Source: Octopus sinensis
Lineage: Eukaryota
DNA: 64,000 nt
Assembly: GCF_006345805.1 (NCBI RefSeq)
Contig: NC_043007.1
Span: 35,464,001 to 35,528,000 of the forward strand
Direction: 5' to 3'
The first letter of the stretch is position 1. The number at the start of each line of letters is the position of its first letter. The translations under genes and the position numbers were made by a program. A model generated the notes under the pieces. That model did no database searches. It was not told the DNA's origin and saw nothing but the letters and a program-made list of their open reading frames with translations. Shown one piece after another: positions 62,282 to 64,000 of the stretch.

Positions 62282-63147
62282 TATAGATCAACAAAATTCA
62301 ATTTTTTTCTTGTCCCGAAGACGAACTGGGATTTTTACAAAGATTACAAAACATTTAATGACCTGTAGAGGCACCGTATTTCGTTATGCAACCAGGGACA
62401 CCGTATTCCGTTATGCAACCATTATATACTTCAAAGTATATTAAAAGCTTTATAAGTAAAAAATGTGTTCTACTGTGTTAGCAGTGCTATTAAATCACTT
62501 GTTAAGTGTATCTCTACAAATCATAGCTGGCTATGGTTTCTATAGAAAATTTGTAGAGAAAACTTTAACAAAAAAATTTATTTCCAAAAATTATAATTAT
62601 TGCCATTATTCTTTTAGCTCAGCTTTTGTTGTAACTCCTGGAGTTTTTGCATACGTAGTGTACTTCCTACCTTCAGCCTACGGTAATATACTATCTGTTC
62701 TTTTCAACAATCTAATACTTTCCAGATGATTCTGTATGGTAATGTTACAAGTCTTGCATCAGACTAATAGAAAAAAAATATATGACATTCTATGACAATT
62801 ATTGCATCACCCTAATAAAAAGAAAAGAATATGACATACCACATGACAATTATTGCATCAGCCATATGCGCATGGTATATTGCAAAAGACTTTTTGGGGG
62901 GAATTGTTGTATTATCAGTAAACTGAAATCGAGAAGTAATTGGTTTAATATGTTATTGCTTCATCGAATATTGTGGATTGTGTTAACACTACATTTAACT
63001 ATTTAAAATGACTTGCAATTACATGAAAAAAAAAAGCAAAAAAAGCTAACCTGAAGATTTTGTTACGTCTGCAGAAATTCACTCCTAAGTAGAAAATGTA
63101 AAATTAACACAGTAATAAGAAAATCGTGGCCATCTATATTTTGTTTG

Positions 63148-63386
63148 CGTGTTAAGGCGGCGAGCTGGCAGAAACATTAGCACGCCGGGCGAAATGCGTA
63201 GCCGTATTTCGTCTGCCGTTACGTTCTGAGTTCAAATTCCGCCGAGGTCTACTTTGCCTTTCATCCTTTCGGGGGCGATTAAATGAGTACCAGTTACGCA
63301 CTGGGGTCGATATAATCGACTTAATCCGTTTGTCTGTCCTTGTTTGTCCTCTCTGTGTTTAGCCCCTTGTTGGTAGTAAAGAAATA
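63148..63386 (+). mobile_element. SINE family A monomer
   Basis: 13-bp TSD tatattttgtttg (63135-47, 63387-99). Confidence 0.95.
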
Positions 63387-64000
63387 TATATTTTGTTTGT
63401 AAGTACAGTTTAGCTGAATATCTAAGAAATAAGTTTGTTTTGCAGGCATGAGGTCCGGGTTCGATCCTGCAATATAGCATCACAAGCGAATGTCATTTTT
63501 TACAGCCTCAGGTGGATGCAAACCCTGTGAGACGAAAACTGGGCAGGCGGAAGTTGTTTAAATGTCCATCAGGTAAATTGCACTTGTAACTCAAATGTAA
63601 TAGCCATGTCTTATACTGTATCACACTGAATATGTCTGAGAATTATGCTAAGTTTACACGTGTCTGTTGAATGCCCAGTCACTGACACATTAATTCAGGA
63701 GCAGGTAATTCAGTTGATCGAATAACTGAATCCTCATCGTAAAAACGACGGAGATCCACCATATTTTGCTGACAAAATAGTCAAGATAAGAGACACCCGC
63801 TCCTTCAAATTTATTACGACTATTCTTTTCAGAGAGTTTTAAAATGTCGATAAATGGTTTGCTGAGGTTCCAGCCTTTTATAACACTTATGGCATGAAGA
63901 CAATTCAAAGATCACAACAATGTCTGCTGTTTCTGCTAAAAAGTAGAATTCAAAAATAAAAAGAATACATTATTTTAATCGCCAGTTCTATGGCTACCCC

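Noticed and set aside
62372-62421. CRISPR-like 23-bp repeat pair (caccgtatt.cgttatgcaacca)
   Set aside because: Two copies with a 4-bp gap, no spacers or cas genes, eukaryotic context; a simple tandem duplication.

Overview
Repeat-saturated eukaryotic DNA. The SINE, LINE and microsatellite repertoire looks like an Octopus (coleoid cephalopod) genome; this is my recognition, not a database result. I found no intact host protein-coding gene, rRNA, true tRNA or CRISPR array, and almost every long ORF in the track is a microsatellite artefact. Retroelement remnants: Penelope-like RT and terminal repeats, CR1/L2-type LINE pieces, R4/Dong-type LINE 3' ends, RTE-type ends, and many copies of about four tRNA-derived SINE families. 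DNA transposon remnants: Tc1, mariner, hAT and pogo-like MITEs, non-autonomous Helitrons, three Merlin-type MITEs with 8-bp TSDs and internal TTAGGG repeats, and a nearly full-length dead Merlin transposon inside a ~1.65-kb fold-back element. There are also two degenerate minisatellites and a 100-N assembly gap. Best leads: (1) a seemingly intact minimal hammerhead ribozyme at 34745-34779 plus degraded relatives; (2) SINE multimers sharing one fixed junction and inserted as single events; (3) the Merlin/fold-back/MITE system; (4) two locally templated insertions that killed a LINE and a transposase. Boundaries and identities were judged by eye and are approximate unless a TSD or TIR is quoted.
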